Shown here piece after piece: positions 63,344 through 64,000 of a stretch of DNA of 64,000 bases. Positions within the stretch are counted from its first letter, which is position 1. Every line of letters begins with the position of its first letter. A program made the translations under genes and the position numbers. Under the pieces are notes generated by a model. It was not told the DNA's origin and searched no databases. It was given only the letters and a program-made list of their open reading frames with translations. Origin of the DNA: a bacterium (GTDB lineage Bacteria > UBA8248 > JACPRG01 > G963555815); contig CBDHDG010000007.1 in NCBI GenBank assembly GCA_965261595.1, positions 704,001 through 768,000 of the forward strand. Direction: 5' to 3'.

Positions 63344-63353
63344 GCGAATTTGC

Positions 63354-64000
63354 CTAATCCGGGATTTTGTTCAAGCAGTTTCCAATCCCCGGGTCTGTGA
63401 CCAGCTCGCCTTCCTCTACAACCACCTCGCCGCCCTTCACCACCGTCACCGGCCAGCCCTTCAGCGTCCGTCCTTCCAGAGGCGTGAATTCCGCGCGCGA
63501 GCCGCCGTCGGCCCCGTGGACCACCTTCTCCAAATCCTGGTCGATGACGACCAGGTCGCCGTCCGCGCCGATCTCGAAGGAACCCTTGCGGGGGTAGAGG
63601 CCGAAGATTTCCGCCGGGCGGCGGCTCATCCGGTCGGCCAGGAGGGGGAGCGGCAGGCCGTGCTCGTGGATTCCCATATGCAGGATCTGGGGCGTGTGCC
63701 AGGGAAGGCACGGCATCCCCCCCCGATTCTCCCGGAACGTCCCGGTGAAGTTGTTCTCCTCGGCGTTGGCCGTCACGTTGTCCGTCCCGAGGGTCTCGAT
63801 GGCGCCGTCGGCGACGCCCGTCCAGAGGGCGGCCCGGGCGGCGGGGGTCCGGACGGGTGGTTGGCGTCTGAGCATCATCCCCGCCGGATCGGTGGTCTCG
63901 AAGAACAGGTACGTCGAAGTCGATTCGCAAAAGAGAGGCGCGCCCGCTGCCTTGGCCTCCCGGACGGCTTCCAGGCCCGGGGCGGAGGAGAGATGGACGA
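63354..64000 (-). CDS. Cyclic amidohydrolase (dihydroorotase/dihydropyrimidinase-like); 5' end lies outside the window
   Basis: VHLSS, PPVR, LGTD, PA.IFGLYPRKG...GADGDLV, G.P..T.V.G. Confidence 0.88.
   Translation of the reverse strand, partial: VHLSSAPGLEAVREAKAAGAPLFCESTSTYLFFETTDPAGMMLRRQPPVRTPAARAALWTGVADGAIETLGTDNVTANAEENNFTGTFRENRGGMPCLPWHTPQILHMGIHEHGLPLPLLADRMSRRPAEIFGLYPRKGSFEIGADGDLVVIDQDLEKVVHGADGGSRAEFTPLEGRTLKGWPVTVVKGGEVVVEEGELVTDPGIGNCLNKIPD

Overview
A GC-rich bacterial chromosomal segment. The right half (~36-64 kb) is conserved housekeeping: nadX, degQ-like protease, ruvCAB-DUF2905-spoIID-queA, HU/IHF, rpoZ, a clpB-dnaK-(insert)-cbpA-hspR-grpE-dnaJ heat-shock locus with an HspR/HAIR-like operator, yggS-proC-yggT-divIVA-yggU and mtnA. 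The left half (~0-36 kb) has catabolic and transport genes, tRNA-Gly(CCC) and moaDE, mixed with mobile DNA and decay. The mobile DNA includes two IS3-family copies, one IS1380 with a tandem partial duplication, two IS1380 remnants, several MITE/REP families and a higBA toxin-antitoxin pair. Gene remnants include a coxS::coxM deletion fusion, transaldolase, rfbH, dppC, a SacI-like endonuclease and a DNA methyltransferase. The most striking structure not captured by the ORF track is at 8.2-12.3 kb. Three same-orientation remnants of a Y1 (RAYT/TIRYT-type) transposase each end in a GGGGACAC-type terminal repeat, and they alternate with reverse-strand cargo (a stop-interrupted membrane gene and higBA), resembling a cassette array. 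Both IS3 copies sit in or at this class of terminal repeat. A second family of MITEs has IS1380-like ends and carries GTAG REP pairs. No CRISPR array or rRNA was seen. All family calls come from motif recognition by eye; no database searches were run.
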